Below the pieces are notes generated by a model. That model saw only the letters and a list, made by a program, of their open reading frames with translations. It had not been told where the DNA came from and did not search any database. A DNA stretch of 64,000 bases, from assembly GCF_009914755.1 (NCBI RefSeq), contig NC_060925.1; one strand, given 5' to 3'. Position numbers and translations under genes: made by a program. The stretch comes from the human T2T-CHM13v2.0 reference genome, Homo sapiens. Positions 40,901-54,012 of the stretch are shown here, in pieces. Position 1 is the stretch's first letter. Each line of letters opens with the position of its first letter.

Positions 40901-42949
40901 AAATGTTTCTTGTTAGAGTCCCAATTTGATTTCTAAATCAAGGTGTACAGGATCAAAGGTCTCTTAAGTGCAGGTCCCAAACTTTGATCGTTATGTAAAT
41001 AAGCAACTTGGAGCTCTCCTTCACGACTTGTAACACAGGCAGGTGACTGAGATGAGATCAATCAGAGCTGAGGAATGAGGGGAAATTCCCACCTAATAGC
41101 TGAAAGCAACAATACTTGAGTTTGTGCTTGCCTTCCCTTTCAATTTTCTAAGGTATAGGTGATCAAAATTCTTAATAAATTGAAGATTGAAGGCCTTAGA
41201 ATCTGAGTAAGCTAAGAGGATATACAGTTTCCACAAATGAGTTCTTTCATTACAATAAAAAATAACAGAGGAACTTTAAGGCATTCGTTTGCTGCCAGGA
41301 ATTTCAGCTGAGGTTGTGGGTTGGGGAAGAGGGTAGTTAATTTAATTAACTTCTGTTTTATGATCTCTTAAGATAAGTAAAGGCACCTGGAAGTAGAAGA
41401 AGCCGAGAGAAAAGATCGTACCATGTTTTCTATCTGTTATTTAGCTTAGATTTTCTGTTTCGATTGTTGTTTGTTTCTATAGGAAAGAATACTTATTGAC
41501 AGTGAAAGAAAGCAAAAGAAATGGATTTTTTTAAAATAATGAAACTTCTAGATGAGCAAACCTGGAGGATAGTTTGTGAATTAAACAAATGTGTTTGGTG
41601 TATAATCAGGGAAACTGATAAAACCCACTCATCTAAAAAGAAGGTGAGAGTTTTCGGCTGTCACCAGGGTCTAACTTGGTAAGTCAGTCCCATTACCACA
41701 TACCAATGAAGTAAAAAAAAAAAAGATTCATTCGGTTTAGAATCTTTAGAACCACTAGTCTGGTAGTGCTGTCAGGTTAAAGGATTAGTTGTTCAATATA
41801 AACCATATATTTGGACTAAAATAATCACATTAGCCTTTGTTAAATGTACTCATGATCAAGTGAGGTAACAATAGTGTTCTTCCTACTTTAGATTTAAAAC
41901 TTGACATTTCTAATATGATCGATGTCTCCACTTTGCTGTCTGACATAGTACTGCTTAAACCTTCCTCAAATACTTGTATGCCATATATGTTTCTAATCTA
42001 TATAAAATAATACTGATATATAAGCACTGTGTTTTCTTCTAGCTTAAAATAATAAGTCAATTTCTTGAGGATAGGTACAACTCTAACCTTAGATAAGAAG
42101 TTCTGGATTCTAAATTGAGCCCTGCTGTGAAAACTAATCTTTGCTTTAGATCTCCACCTTGTGGTTACATGTTTAAAATGTAAATTCTTGTGATTTTATG
42201 ATCCTGGCTTATAGATTCTTTCAAAAAGAAAGGTAGAATGGATGAACATTGTCTGAAAATAACTTGAGACTTATGATTGGATATTTAGAAATTTATAATT
42301 CAGATTCAGTGCACTTCAGAATGTTTTCTCTCTGAGACCCTTGTTTACCACTTTTTGTTCAACTACCTTGAAAAATTAGTTTTGGGTTTCTTAAGGATTG
42401 AAGAGACTTTCAGAGACCATCTTTTGGGTTAGTGCTAGTACAGAAGGGGCTAATAGGAGGAACCTCATTAGTGTATCTTTAGTAAACTTGAATGAAGGGA
42501 ACATATGGGTTTAGAACTTACAACTTCAGAACGCTGGGGAAATCTGTAAGAAATACTCCAACATTTACCTACCATCATGTGGTTTTTAAAAAAAGAAAAG
42601 AAGAACTACCCCAACGTGGGGTTTACCTTGGTCCAAGAAAAGAAGACAGTTTTCAACTATAACATCCTGTGACTTCATTTTCCAAGTTTCCTCATCACAA
42701 TATAGAAAAGCTATATGATGTCCGCTGGGTATACAGCAGTGCTCTGTGTAGCTTAAAGAACATGTAGTTCCAGCATGAAGTTCTGCAAGAGTGGGCCTGG
42801 TGTGCTGTGTGTGAATCAACTCTAGAGCTCTTTGGATTTATATAAGTCTTGATTTACAGAATTTAGTTACAAAGCACAATAATATTTTATTATGTTCATT
42901 TGCTTATATATTATCTTTTTTTTTTTACATTCAATAGCAAATATTGGTG

Positions 42950-43690
42950 ACTCCACCTTACAAACAGACTCAGAATCTAACAACTTGTAATTTCCTTTCA
43001 TAGCAACCAGCTTTATCCTATTAGAACATGAATCAGATTACTGTTATTCCCCTGCTTAAAAACAGGGATTTTCCGTCACTCAGAGGAAAAGCTTAAGTTC
43101 TCATGGTGGCCATCAAGACCTGCTCTAACTGGCCTGTGTTACCGCTCCAACCTCAACTCCTCTACCACCCGTCCTCCTTCTGCTGCAGCTACATGGCCTT
43201 CTCAATGGTCTTGGTACAGAAAGGCCTTTGAATTACAGCTCAGTCGGCTTGGAGTACTCTCCTTCCATACACCCACATGGTGTGCTCCCTCCCTCCTTCA
43301 GGGTTAGTCAAAACTCATACTTCTTTCTGGCCACACATCTAAAATTGCAACACTCTTCCTACACTTCCAATCCTACTTCACTACTTTACTTTCTTAGCTT
43401 TATCCCACATACTATACCTTTTTCTTATGTGTTTCATGTATCATCTGCCTTCCCCCCTACCATGTAAACACCACACATAGTGATTATGCTTGTGTTTTTC
43501 ACTCTTATTTCTCAGCCCTCACAAGAGTGCCTGGCTCAATAAATAAATATTTGCCAAGTGAATGACTGTCTCACCCATTACATCTTTAAGTCCCTTAGGG
43601 CCATGTCTTGTTTGTTTGCATTTCTAGCACCTAGCATAGTGCCTGGCATTTAAAAGAGTTTAAATAAATGTTTGCCAGTTAAACAAATCA
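42950..43690 (+). mobile_element. L2 fragments
   Basis: L2 3' motifs incl. ctagcacctagcatagtgcctggca...aataaatgtttg. Confidence 0.65.
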
Positions 43691-43889
43691 CTGTTGAAGT
43701 ACCCTCTTAAGGACTGTCAACATATTGTAATATAAATATGGGATGATTGTATTTATTCTTACTGATTTTAAATATGTGTGCTGTCATTTAAAAATTGTAA
43801 AATTATCTTGGCTACATTTCATGTTATTTTTATTGATTTGATTATTGAGTCAGTCTTATTTGAGTACTTAAGACTGTTCATTTGAAAAC

Positions 43890-44190
43890 TTTTTCTTTTT
43901 CTTTTTTGATGAGGTCTTGCTCTGTCACCCAGGCTGGTGGCAATGGGGCTATCATAGCTCACTGCAGCCTTGAACTCCTGGGCTCAAGTGATCCCCCTCC
44001 TTAGTCTCTCAAGTAGCTAGTACTGTAGGCACGTGCTACCACACTTGGCTAATTTTTTTGTTTTTGGTTTTGTGAAGATGGAGTCTCTCTGTGTTGCTCA
44101 GGCTGGCCTCAAACTTCTGGCCTCAAGTGAACAATCCTCCTGTCTTGGCCTTCCAAAATGCCGGGGTTATAGACACAAGCCACCAGGCCC
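43890..44190 (-). mobile_element. AluJ (Jo-like)
   Basis: atcatagctcactgcagccttgaactcctgggctcaag; flanks aaaactt. Confidence 0.9.
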
Positions 44191-44285
44191 AACCAAAACT
44201 TCATTCTTAAATATTATCTAAGACTTCTTCCCTTTCCTTTCCTTAATACTTTCTACTTGGTGATCTGAAATTTGATGTATGTAGA

Positions 44286-44578
44286 TTTTTTTTTCTTTTT
44301 GAGACAGGATCGTGTTCTATTGCCCATGCTGGAGGGCAGTGGCACCATCATGGCTCACTGCAGCCTTGACCTCCCAGGCTAAAGCAATCCTTCCACCTCA
44401 GCCTCCCAAGTAGCTGGTACCACAGGTGCATGCCACCTGTGGCTAATTTATTTTTTATTTTTAAATTTTTTGTAGAGATAGGGTCTCCCTATGTTACTCA
44501 GGCTGGTCTTGAACTACTGGGCTCAAGCAATCCTCCCATCTTCGTCTCCCAAAATGATGGGATTACAGGTGTTTAGCC
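44286..44578 (-). mobile_element. AluJ
   Basis: catggctcactgcagccttgacctcccaggctaaagcaatcc. Confidence 0.9.
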
Positions 44579-45089
44579 TTTCTGTCTCTCTCTTTTATAA
44601 AAATAAATTTTATTATATATATTTGAGGTTTATAGCATGTTATAGGATACATACAAATAGCAAAATGCTTACTATAGTGAAACAAATGAACATATCTATC
44701 ATTTTACATAGTTTATTTTGTGTGTGATAAGAGCAATTAAAATCTACTTACTTAGCAAAAATCCCAAATACCATGCAATTTAATTAACAAGAGTCTTCAT
44801 GTTATATGTTAGATTTCTAGGCTTTATCCTACATATTTACTACTTTGTGTCTTTTAACCTGTATCTTCTTTTATCCCCCACTGCTGTCCTTGGTAACCAC
44901 TGTTTTATTCTGTCTTATAGTTGACCTTTTTTTCTTTTTTTTTTTAAAAAGGATTCCACATATAAGTGAGGTCATGCAATATTTTTCTTTCTGTGTCTGG
45001 CTTATTTCACTTAGCATAATGTCATCCAGGTCTATCAATGTTGTGGCAAATAGCAAGATATCCTTCTTTGTTAAGGCTGAATGATATTC

Positions 45090-45092
<3 letters not shown>

Positions 45093-45141
<49 letters not shown>

Positions 45142-45148
45142 CTGTGTG
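45093..45148. repeat. (TG)n microsatellite
   Basis: Direct read. Confidence 0.95.
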
Positions 45149-45165
45149 TTTGGCACATTTTCTTT

Positions 45166-45316
45166 TCTTTTTCTTTTTTTTTTTTTGAGATGGAGTCTTG
45201 CTCTGTCGCCCAGGCTGGAGTGAGGTGGCACGATCTCGGCTCACGGCAACCTCTGCCTTCTGGGTTCAAGTGATTCTCCTGCTTCAGCCTCCCGAGTAGC
45301 TGGGACTACAGGCATG
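45166..45316 (-). mobile_element. 5'-truncated AluS (right arm only)
   Basis: TSD tgg(c/t)acattttcttt at 45151-45165 and 45317-45331. Confidence 0.9.
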
Positions 45317-46726
45317 TGGTACATTTTCTTTATCCATTCCTCTTTAGACAGACATTTAAGTTGTTTCCAGATCATGGCTACTGTGAATAATGCTGCAAAA
45401 AACATGGATATCTTTATGAAGTGGTGACTTCATCTCCTTTGGATATATACCCAGAAGAGGGATTGCTGGGTTATATGGTAGTTCCATTTTTAATTTATTT
45501 AGGAACTTCTATACTGTTTTCAACAATGGCTGTACCAATCTACATTACCGATAACGCTGTACTAGGGCTCCCTTTTCTCTGCACCCTCATCGACATTTGT
45601 TATCTCTTGTCTTTTTGATAATAGCCACCTTAGTGAGTGTGAGATCATATCTCATGGTGATTTTAATTTGCATTCCCTAATGATGTTTCCCTAGTGATTA
45701 GTGATGTTGACCACGTTTTCATATACTTGTTGGCCGTTTGTATGTCTTCTCTGGAGAAATGTCTGTTCAGGTCCTTTGCCCATTTTTAAATAAGGTTATT
45801 TGTTGTTTTGCTATTGAATTGTTAGAGTTCTCTATAAACTTTGGGTATAAACCCCTCATCAGCTACGTGGTTTGCAAATATTTTTTTCCCAGTCCATAGA
45901 TTGCCTTTCCATTTCGTTGTTGTTACCTAAATGGACAAATATCCTGTGTATATGGATTGAAAGAATTAATATCGTTAAAATCTTCCTACTGCCCAAAAAA
46001 TATATATATAGATTTAACACAGTCTCTATCAAAATTCCAATGGCATTCTTCTGAAATAGATAAAACAATGTTAAAATTTGCATGGAACCACAAATAATCC
46101 TGAAGAACCAAAACAATACTGAGAAAGAAAAACAAACTTAAAGCCACTCCACTTCCTGAATGTAAATTATATTACAAAACTATATGGTACTGGCATAAGA
46201 ACAGAGACATAGACCAATGGAACGGAGAGTACAGAGTCCAGAAACAAATCTAAACATATATAGTCAATTTATTTTTAACAAGGCCTCTAAGAGGACACAA
46301 TGGGGAAAGGATAATCCCGTCCATAAATGGTGCTGGGAAAACTAGATTTCCACAAGCAAAAGTGTGAAATTAGAGCCTTATCTTACACTATATACAAAAA
46401 TGAACTCAAAATGGATAAAAGACCTACATGTAAGACCTGAAACCATAAAACTAGAATACAACATAGGGGAAAGTTCCTTGACATTCGCCTTGGCAATGAT
46501 TTTTTGAATATCACACCAAAAGCCTAGGCTACAACAGCAAAAGTAAATAAATGGGATTATGTGCACTTTTTTATACGCTCTTTCTTCTTTTTCTTCCCTT
46601 TGGAACTTTCCTCCCACCTCTCCTCAGACCCTAGGTTCCTATGTGTCCTCACAGTGCCTGCTGGAGGCAACTCAGTGGAAACGGAGAGCAAGCTCTGCTC
46701 CCCTAACTGATGACAGCCGTAGTTTA

Positions 46727-46895
46727 CAGCATTGTTTCTCAGACTTTCATATGCATATGAAACCCCTACTGGTCTTGACAAAATGCAGATTCTGATTCAG
46801 GAGGTTGATGGGTGGGGCCTGAGACTCTGCACTGCCAATAATTCCAAGGTGATGCTGATACTGCGTTTTGGAGGGTCAGACTTGAATAGCAAGTG
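46727..46895 (+). mobile_element. MER5B-like element
   Basis: aaaatgcagattctgattcaggagg...ggggcctgagactctgca...ggtgatgctgat. Confidence 0.7.
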
Positions 46896-48594
46896 ATAGA
46901 GGAGTCCTCTCCTCATTCTGGTTTAGCCTGTTTCTGTCTGATGCTGCTAGCCTTTGCTGACATAGTAGTCTCTGTATAGAGACTTATAGGTGGCTTTTAG
47001 GGGTCACTGTTCGTCTTCATTTTGATATCTTTATTGCTGCCAGAGGAAAAGTTCTAAACTCTTCTCTGGGTCAGGCTGTCTGGGCATCCCCTGGTGTTCC
47101 TGCTCTTCTGCTAATCTCTGTGCACCTTCATATGAAGCCAAAGGAATGAGAGGAGTGATACTGTGTTATATATCCTCCAAGGGCAATGGAAAACTGGGAT
47201 GGAGTTGGGGTTTTCCCTGTTTTCTTCCTAGACACATCACAAAACAATCCCATCAAGCCTTGCAGATGTGGTTTCCTACTTCTGGGATCTCTTAATCTAG
47301 GAACAGATGTTAAGTAACCCTCCCTTCTTCCCCAGATTGGGAAGCAGAATGTAAAGGCAAACATGCCACATGCTTTTTTGCTGAGAATGCTCTTTATTCA
47401 AGGATGGCCTCAACAAGCCTGGCTCCTGTGCCAGGATGAATGTGAACTTGTGGTCTCTACAGCCCAGGGTGGATCTTGCCAGAAAATAATGCCCATTCCT
47501 GCAGGCACCTTTAAGGATTTTCTCAGAGTTTCTTTCACTTGCCTTCTGGAAGGAAAATCTCCCACTACCTCCCCAGTAGAAGGTGGGGTTATAGCACTCT
47601 TTTCACAGACATTTGCTCCTTGAAACCGTAGATGACGATTTCTCTGAGTCTTCTTATAAGACCTGGCAGTGCCCTCACCCCATGACCTTTGCTTCCATTT
47701 GTTGCTCCTCCTTTTTCTCTTTGTTTCTCTCTGGCTTCAGCCTGGACTCAAAACTGGGTCCAAGGGGCAGGGGTGCTTCCTTGGTCCTCTTCCCCAAGAA
47801 TGAAGCAATAACTCATCACCCCTTCTCTCACCTACTGATCTTTTCCTCCTTTCTCTCCATACAAGTGACGTGAGCTCTGCCCTTCTTCCTCCAATCCAGT
47901 TTCAAATGACAAAGTGCCACCACTTCCCCTGGCTCAGAACCTACTTTCACTAAAATTCAAATCCTTACTATCACCACCACCACCCCATAGTCATCAGTTC
48001 TGCATCACCTACAGCCTGACTCTCCAACTGCAGTCTCACCCCAAGATTTTACATAGGTTGATGCCAGTTATGTCCTGCTCTGAAACCTTTCAATAACTTC
48101 CCCTTACCCAAATCTAAAATAAAGCCCAACTTCAAATCTACTGCTAGGATTATGCTTTCCCCTTCCCCAGCCCTCAGTCATTCCCTTTAGGGCCTCCATG
48201 ACACTCCATCAAAAGAAGGTCTGGCACACAGGACAGTTGAATAAAGGGATGGATTTTTAAAGATTATGATATCAATACTCTCTGCAATTTGGTGGTGACA
48301 GGGATTATGCCAAATGCTGGTAGGAAGTTGGAATGTAGAACATATGAGGTGTCTTCTACCCTCAGTTCTGGACTTAAGACTTAGACAGTATTGTGGGATG
48401 ACAGGAAAGATCACATTCCATATGCTAGCACAGTTGAATAAATGAACTGGAGCAACCCAGCTCTCTCTCTTCTCATTTTCCCCTCCTCTCTCAGAGATGA
48501 GCCAGAAGATACAGCTTGTGACAGGTATGCGGGTAGAGTGGAAATGCAGATGAGAGGTTCCAGAGCTTTGCCGTAATCTATTAAAGAAGAATGT

Positions 48595-48830
48595 AAAGAG
48601 AGAATAGACTTTAGGTCAAAAATACTCTCTGCCTTGTCATTTGAAAACTTTGTAGCTGTGGGCAAGTAACCAAACTTCCTGTCTTGTTTTCTTATCTGAT
48701 AAATGGGGAAAATAATTTTTATCTTCCATGGTTGTTCACCAAGTATGGAAATATTAACATAAATGCTCATGTACTTAATATCTGACTCATAGTGAGTGCT
48801 CAATAAGAGGTAAATATTCAAAAAATTGTA
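48595..48830 (+). mobile_element. MIR
   Basis: gctgtgggcaagtaaccaaac...ttttcttatctgataaatgggg...catagtgagtgctcaataa. Confidence 0.7.
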
Positions 48831-49719
48831 GTATTGTCATTTTCACCACCTGTTTTTATGATTTTGAAGATTTATTTTATTCTTAAAATCTAAATGTTCT
48901 TTGGACACAATGCACTTAAGAGGGATTTTTTTTCCCCTTCACAACAGTAGTAAGTTCCGTAATAGAGTCAGGCATTAGAGAGTGATAAATTACTGATACA
49001 CTCTTAAATGAAAATAACTATACAGTAACTAAAGCTGAAATGTTACCAATGTTAAGCTTAGAGTTATTTATTTTGGACTTTGGACAAAAGTCATAATAAA
49101 CTTTTATGAATCAATTTATAAAATTGGACAATTCTTAGCTAATGTGCATTTCACATTTCTTGAGATCTTAGGCTTAATGCTTAAATTTTAAAAATTGAAA
49201 CTCAAATCGGCTTCTAAAAGTCCACACCACCCACATTTTTCAGGGCCTATAAACAATAATACATCATTGAATTAATATTAATACTGACATTATGCAAACA
49301 TTATTTTGAAACATTTATTTCAACTGAAGAGACTTTACAGTTTGCTTAGGGAACATTCTTCTTCAACAGTTCAACCCTAATCCTCTCTTATTGTCATCCT
49401 ATATAATTGTCAATGAAAACATTTAGCTTAGTGACTTAAAAAAATACTATGAAAAGCCACAGACAGGTATGTAGTATTTTCCATTTGCAGCTAATAAAAT
49501 ATTACAAACGTATTATTAAATCTTTGTACACTCATGAAACAGAATTATTGTGACAGCCAAAATTTAATTTCAATTCTAGACAGAGTATCTTGAATTTACA
49601 AGCGAGTTGCACTGAATCAAAAAGAGTATAAACAGTTTGAAGATAGAGTTTAAAACATAATTATGCAACATTTTTTCTTCAGCTCAGAAGTCTTACCATA
49701 ACTTGGCTGTAACATTGAA

Positions 49720-49935
49720 AACAACTACTGCTTATTGAGTGAAAACTACATACTAGTTACCGTATCAGGCAGTTTAAATAACTTAGCCATTTAATCTTTA
49801 AAATATATGCTATAGATAGCATCTTTGTTCTCATTTTACAGATGAGGAAGCTGAGGGTCTACAAATTTAATTGATTTGCCCAAAGTTATAAGGCTTGTAA
49901 GCATCAGAGCTGGGATTCATGTGTCTAAAGCCTAC
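49720..49935 (-). mobile_element. MIR
   Basis: cattttacagatgaggaagctgagg...ttgcccaaag...agagctgggattc. Confidence 0.75.
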
Positions 49936-52034
49936 TAGCAGTGTCAGTAAATGGAAAATATAGGCTAGATCTAGCTACCCCTGCAACTAACTAAATACCT
50001 TTCGATTGAGTAGACAATGAAAATTAGTGCTGGAAGAGAGAATTAGTTTAAGTCTTCATTTTGTAAGAGGCAAAGTGACATGCCCAAGACCAAACAACTA
50101 GTCATTGGTAAAGCTCTAATTAAGACCCTTAAAACTTGCTTCATTTGGTGTTCTTTTTCTATTCTGTCTGTTAGACAAAAGGAGTTAGCAGCATGAGTAG
50201 ATCTATCACAGGACATGGTCCTTTCTCCTTAAGTCAAATGAGTTGACCCTATGGACATCCTCTGGCAATTGTTTTCCTCACATTACTTCAGGAATATATT
50301 ATTTTATGTAATGTGTCCTCTCAAAAAGCTGTCTGTAAGTCATAAAATGGAACTTGCTGGTGTCTTAGAGTTCTACTAGGTCTGCTTCTTTATTCCTTGG
50401 ATAAGGAAATCCTATCCGAGTGAGATGAATAGGTTTCTCTAAGGTGGCACACTACTAATTGTGCCAAAGTCTTGCTTAATGTACCACACTGCTTTAAGCA
50501 TTTGTGTTGAGAAAAAGAAAAGTTTAGAGTATTAGGGGGTTTTGCTCCTTAAAAGGTCTTTTATGAATTATTTTTTACCATGGAGAATCCTTCTGTGAAG
50601 AGAATAACTTTCCCTTTTATACCTTTTCTGTTCTTACTATTTTGAATCTATAGAATTCATCATATACCTCAACTTTTTTGTCCATGAAAATATGCATCAT
50701 CTGACTTTGAATAAGTCACACAATAATAAATTCAGATTAGAATTGTCCACACCTTTGTTTCTTCTAAATTTTGGGTATGTAAGCCTCTGATAATTCACAT
50801 GACTTAATTAAGCAGAAATCTGGCTCCAAGTGTTGCCAGATGGTCACTATATGGATGAGTAAGACATTAACAAGGTGCAAAATGGGCTAAACCAACAAGC
50901 CCATTCCTTCAGAGTCCAACTTTGTTGTTTATTTCCCCTGGTGGCAGGAAAACTGGAATGAAACCATATCTCGTATGTGCGATGCTAGCCAGACATTGTG
51001 TGCATGTGGTAACAGGAGCCTTATCTCTCAGACCATTAATAAGGATTGGAATAAGCAAAGAAAGGGAAGCCAATAGCAATTGTTAGAGTGATTTTTGAAC
51101 TCATTACTCATACAGCTGTATAAGAGACTTTAGAACTTCAGCCGACTTATCTTGCTGCAGCAAGTGGCAGTTGTACTTGCTCATGCCAGTGGCCTGAACA
51201 CAAGAATGCTCAGGTATGAGAAAACACATAGAAAAGGCTGCTATAAGAGATTAATTAGAAAGTGATCATTCATGTTGCTAAATAATTTTTCACTTTCTAA
51301 AATATTAACTATGGTAATTATTTTTTCTACTAAGCTTTCTCAAAGCTACTAACATAATTTTAAGAAAATGAAAACCATGAGTTGCATGCAAATATAAAAT
51401 AAACAAGTCAAAGATTCTATTCAGCTTATCTATTAAAGAAGGAATCAGTAAGATGTTTATGCTGGTTGCAAAAGCATTTGAGGACTTAGGCATTTATAAG
51501 CAATTTAATAAAGGAATGTCAGGATAAGATTGCTACACTGCATTAAAAAATTCTGGTTAATATCCTACAGGATACCATTACCTTTGGGATAATCTGTTCC
51601 ACAAGCCAGACTTTATTTTCATTTTTACTGGACAAAAATTTATAAGTTTCGTGGTAATGTCACTACGTTTGAGACTTTTAATCAGTAGTATATAGTAAAT
51701 CAAATTATATTCTCCTGGATAATCCCTTGGGAAATCCCTTGGGTAATCCCTTGGGTAAATCTTAAACCCATAAAATATTGGAAGAACTTGCAATCTACTT
51801 TTTTGTTTCTTCCTTTTTTCAATTTTGGATGCGTTTCCTTATCAGGGCATTTAATACATTTAAAAAATTAATTATGTGCTTTTTTACGAACATAGGCATT
51901 ATATAAATATGTAATAACCATCTGGGGAAAATCAAATTATTAGATAAAAATAAGAGTTGTATACAGAATGACAAGTACTTAGAGGAATCCTTTGAGATGA
52001 GGTAATATGGACTGAAGCCCCCCTTGGATTTACT

Positions 52035-52245
52035 GCTACTATTTATTGAATGCTTACTATGTGTTGGTTGTCACATTAGGTGCTTTATAAACACTATCTC
52101 TAATGACTTTGAAAATAATTCTTTAATGATAACTGAAGAGCTGGGAGTCAGATAACTTCCTGAGGTCATACAGTTACTGAGTATAACAGCCATGGCCCAA
52201 ACTCTGACTGTTGAGCTCTAAAGCTTGTGCTAACTTCTGTGCTCT
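52035..52245 (-). mobile_element. MIR
   Basis: atttattgaatgcttactatgtg...taacttcctgaggtcatacag. Confidence 0.6.
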
Positions 52246-53397
52246 GCCTCTTCTCACCATATCACTACAGGGGTAAGAATCTTACAATTTTGCATATTTA
52301 ATTTTAAGCATAAATATTGACCCCTAATACTTGTTTCAGTATCAAACCTGGAGCTGATATTTAATGGAGATTTACTGATTGCTAGACACCGTGCTAGTGC
52401 CTTGCCCTAGCTGTCATATTTAATCATCCCAACAACCCCATGAGGGGGATCAAAAAGCACTATTAGTTGCAGGTTATGACAAAACACAATAACATTTAAC
52501 TAAAGCACTATTTACTATATTTAAAAATTCTCCAAGTATCTTGTGTCATGTTGTATCTATAAAAGAGAGTCTCTTTCTCTCTCATAGTTTACAATTCAAG
52601 AGAGACTCTGTAAAAGTGAGAACATATTGACATACATAAAACTATGTAAACATGAAACAGAAACATAGATTAAACAGAGATGTAGATCATGTACCATTAA
52701 AAGCTTTCCTAAAACATTGTGAACGTTTCATAGAAAAAAAATGTATCAATGGTACCTTCTATCTTTTGGGAAATCATGAGCTTGCTTTATTATGATAGTG
52801 CAGAGAATAGTTGAATAATTTGGACTCTATGACTCTCAGCCCTAAATTCAGAAAGTGTAGTTATATACCCCAGTGTTTTTTATTTTTTTAAAAAAACCTC
52901 TAGGCAGGAGATATTTTGGTAGGACACAAGACCACAAATTTGTCATACTATTCATATTTTATTTTCTATTTTTACTATAGTGGATAATCCCCAAATAACT
53001 ATTATGGAGTTAATCTATCACCATCTCCTTCCTATATCTTTTCTGAGGGAAGGTTGGAATTAATGGATGAAGATATGTAGACATCTATGGTGTTCTGGGA
53101 AGCTGAGCATGTCTGATATAAGGCATGTGAGGTTTAAATGCATGCATGTGTTAGATATGTTGTCTAGCCTTTCTAGCCCACTAACTATAAACTACATATC
53201 TATCTTATGTATCTATTGGTGTGGAAACTTTACTGTATGGGAATTTGGAGAATCTTAGAGTCAGGAGAGATCTTTAGAGATCATCACATCCAAATGCTTT
53301 TTCGAAGAAGATATTTGTTTCACACCATTGCTGATGTACAGTTGTCCATTCAGTCATAGAGAACTAGCTATCCCTCCTTGGGCTCTTTATGACTTAC

Positions 53398-53849
53398 AGT
53401 ATATTTGTTTCCGGGAGCTGCCATAACAAATTCCCACAAACTGGGTGACTTAGAACAACAGAAATTTATTATCTCACAGTTCTGGAGGCTAGAAGTTTGA
53501 AATCAAGGTGTTGGTAGGGCCACGTTACCTTGAAAGCCTCTAGGGGAGGATCTTTCCTTGCTTCTTCAAACTTCTGATAGCCCCAGGTTTTCCCTAGTTT
53601 ATGGCAGCATAACTCCAATCTCTGCCTCCCTCTCTACAGAGCGTTCTTCCTGTGTGTCTACCTCTTCACATGGTCATCTTTTCCTCTCATAAGAACATCT
53701 GTCATATTGAATTAAGGGCCCACCCTAATGACCTCCTCTTAATTTGTTTACATCTGCAAAGATTTTATTTCCACATAAGGTCACATTACAGGAACCACAG
53801 GTTAGGGCTGCAACATATGCTTTTGGAGGTCACAATTCAACCCATAACG
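53398..53849 (-). mobile_element. MLT1C-like MaLR solo LTR
   Basis: gctgccataacaaattcccacaaactgggtgacttagaacaacagaaatttatt...cacaattcaacccataac. Confidence 0.85.
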
Positions 53850-53875
53850 CTCAGTATAACCAGAAGAGCTAAGTG

Positions 53876-54012
53876 GAGACTGGCTTAACCTCCTAGCCTT
53901 ACATCTTTCTCTCATGCTGGATGCTTCCTGCCCTGGAACATCAGACTCCAGGTTCTTCAGCTTTTGGGACTCAGACTGGCTACCTTGGCCTATTGTGGGA
54001 CCTTGTGATCAT
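53876..54012 (+). mobile_element. MLT2A (HERV-L LTR) R-region fragment carried inside the L1 insertion
   Basis: agactggcttaacctcctagccttacatctttctctcatgctggatgcttcctgccctggaacatcagactccagg...ggcctattgtgggaccttgtgatcat. Confidence 0.85.

Larger units (their letters stand above)
44590..46565 (-). mobile_element. L1MA (L1MA9/10-like), 5'-truncated and 5'-inverted
   Basis: 3' UTR and ORF2 end on - strand 44590-~45925; ORF2 piece (KWTNILCIW...INKWDY) on + strand ~45928-46560. Confidence 0.85.

Noticed and set aside
47126-47300. Possible - strand exon overlapping a 78-aa ORF
   Set aside because: Poor donor (gtgcac) and no recognisable protein similarity
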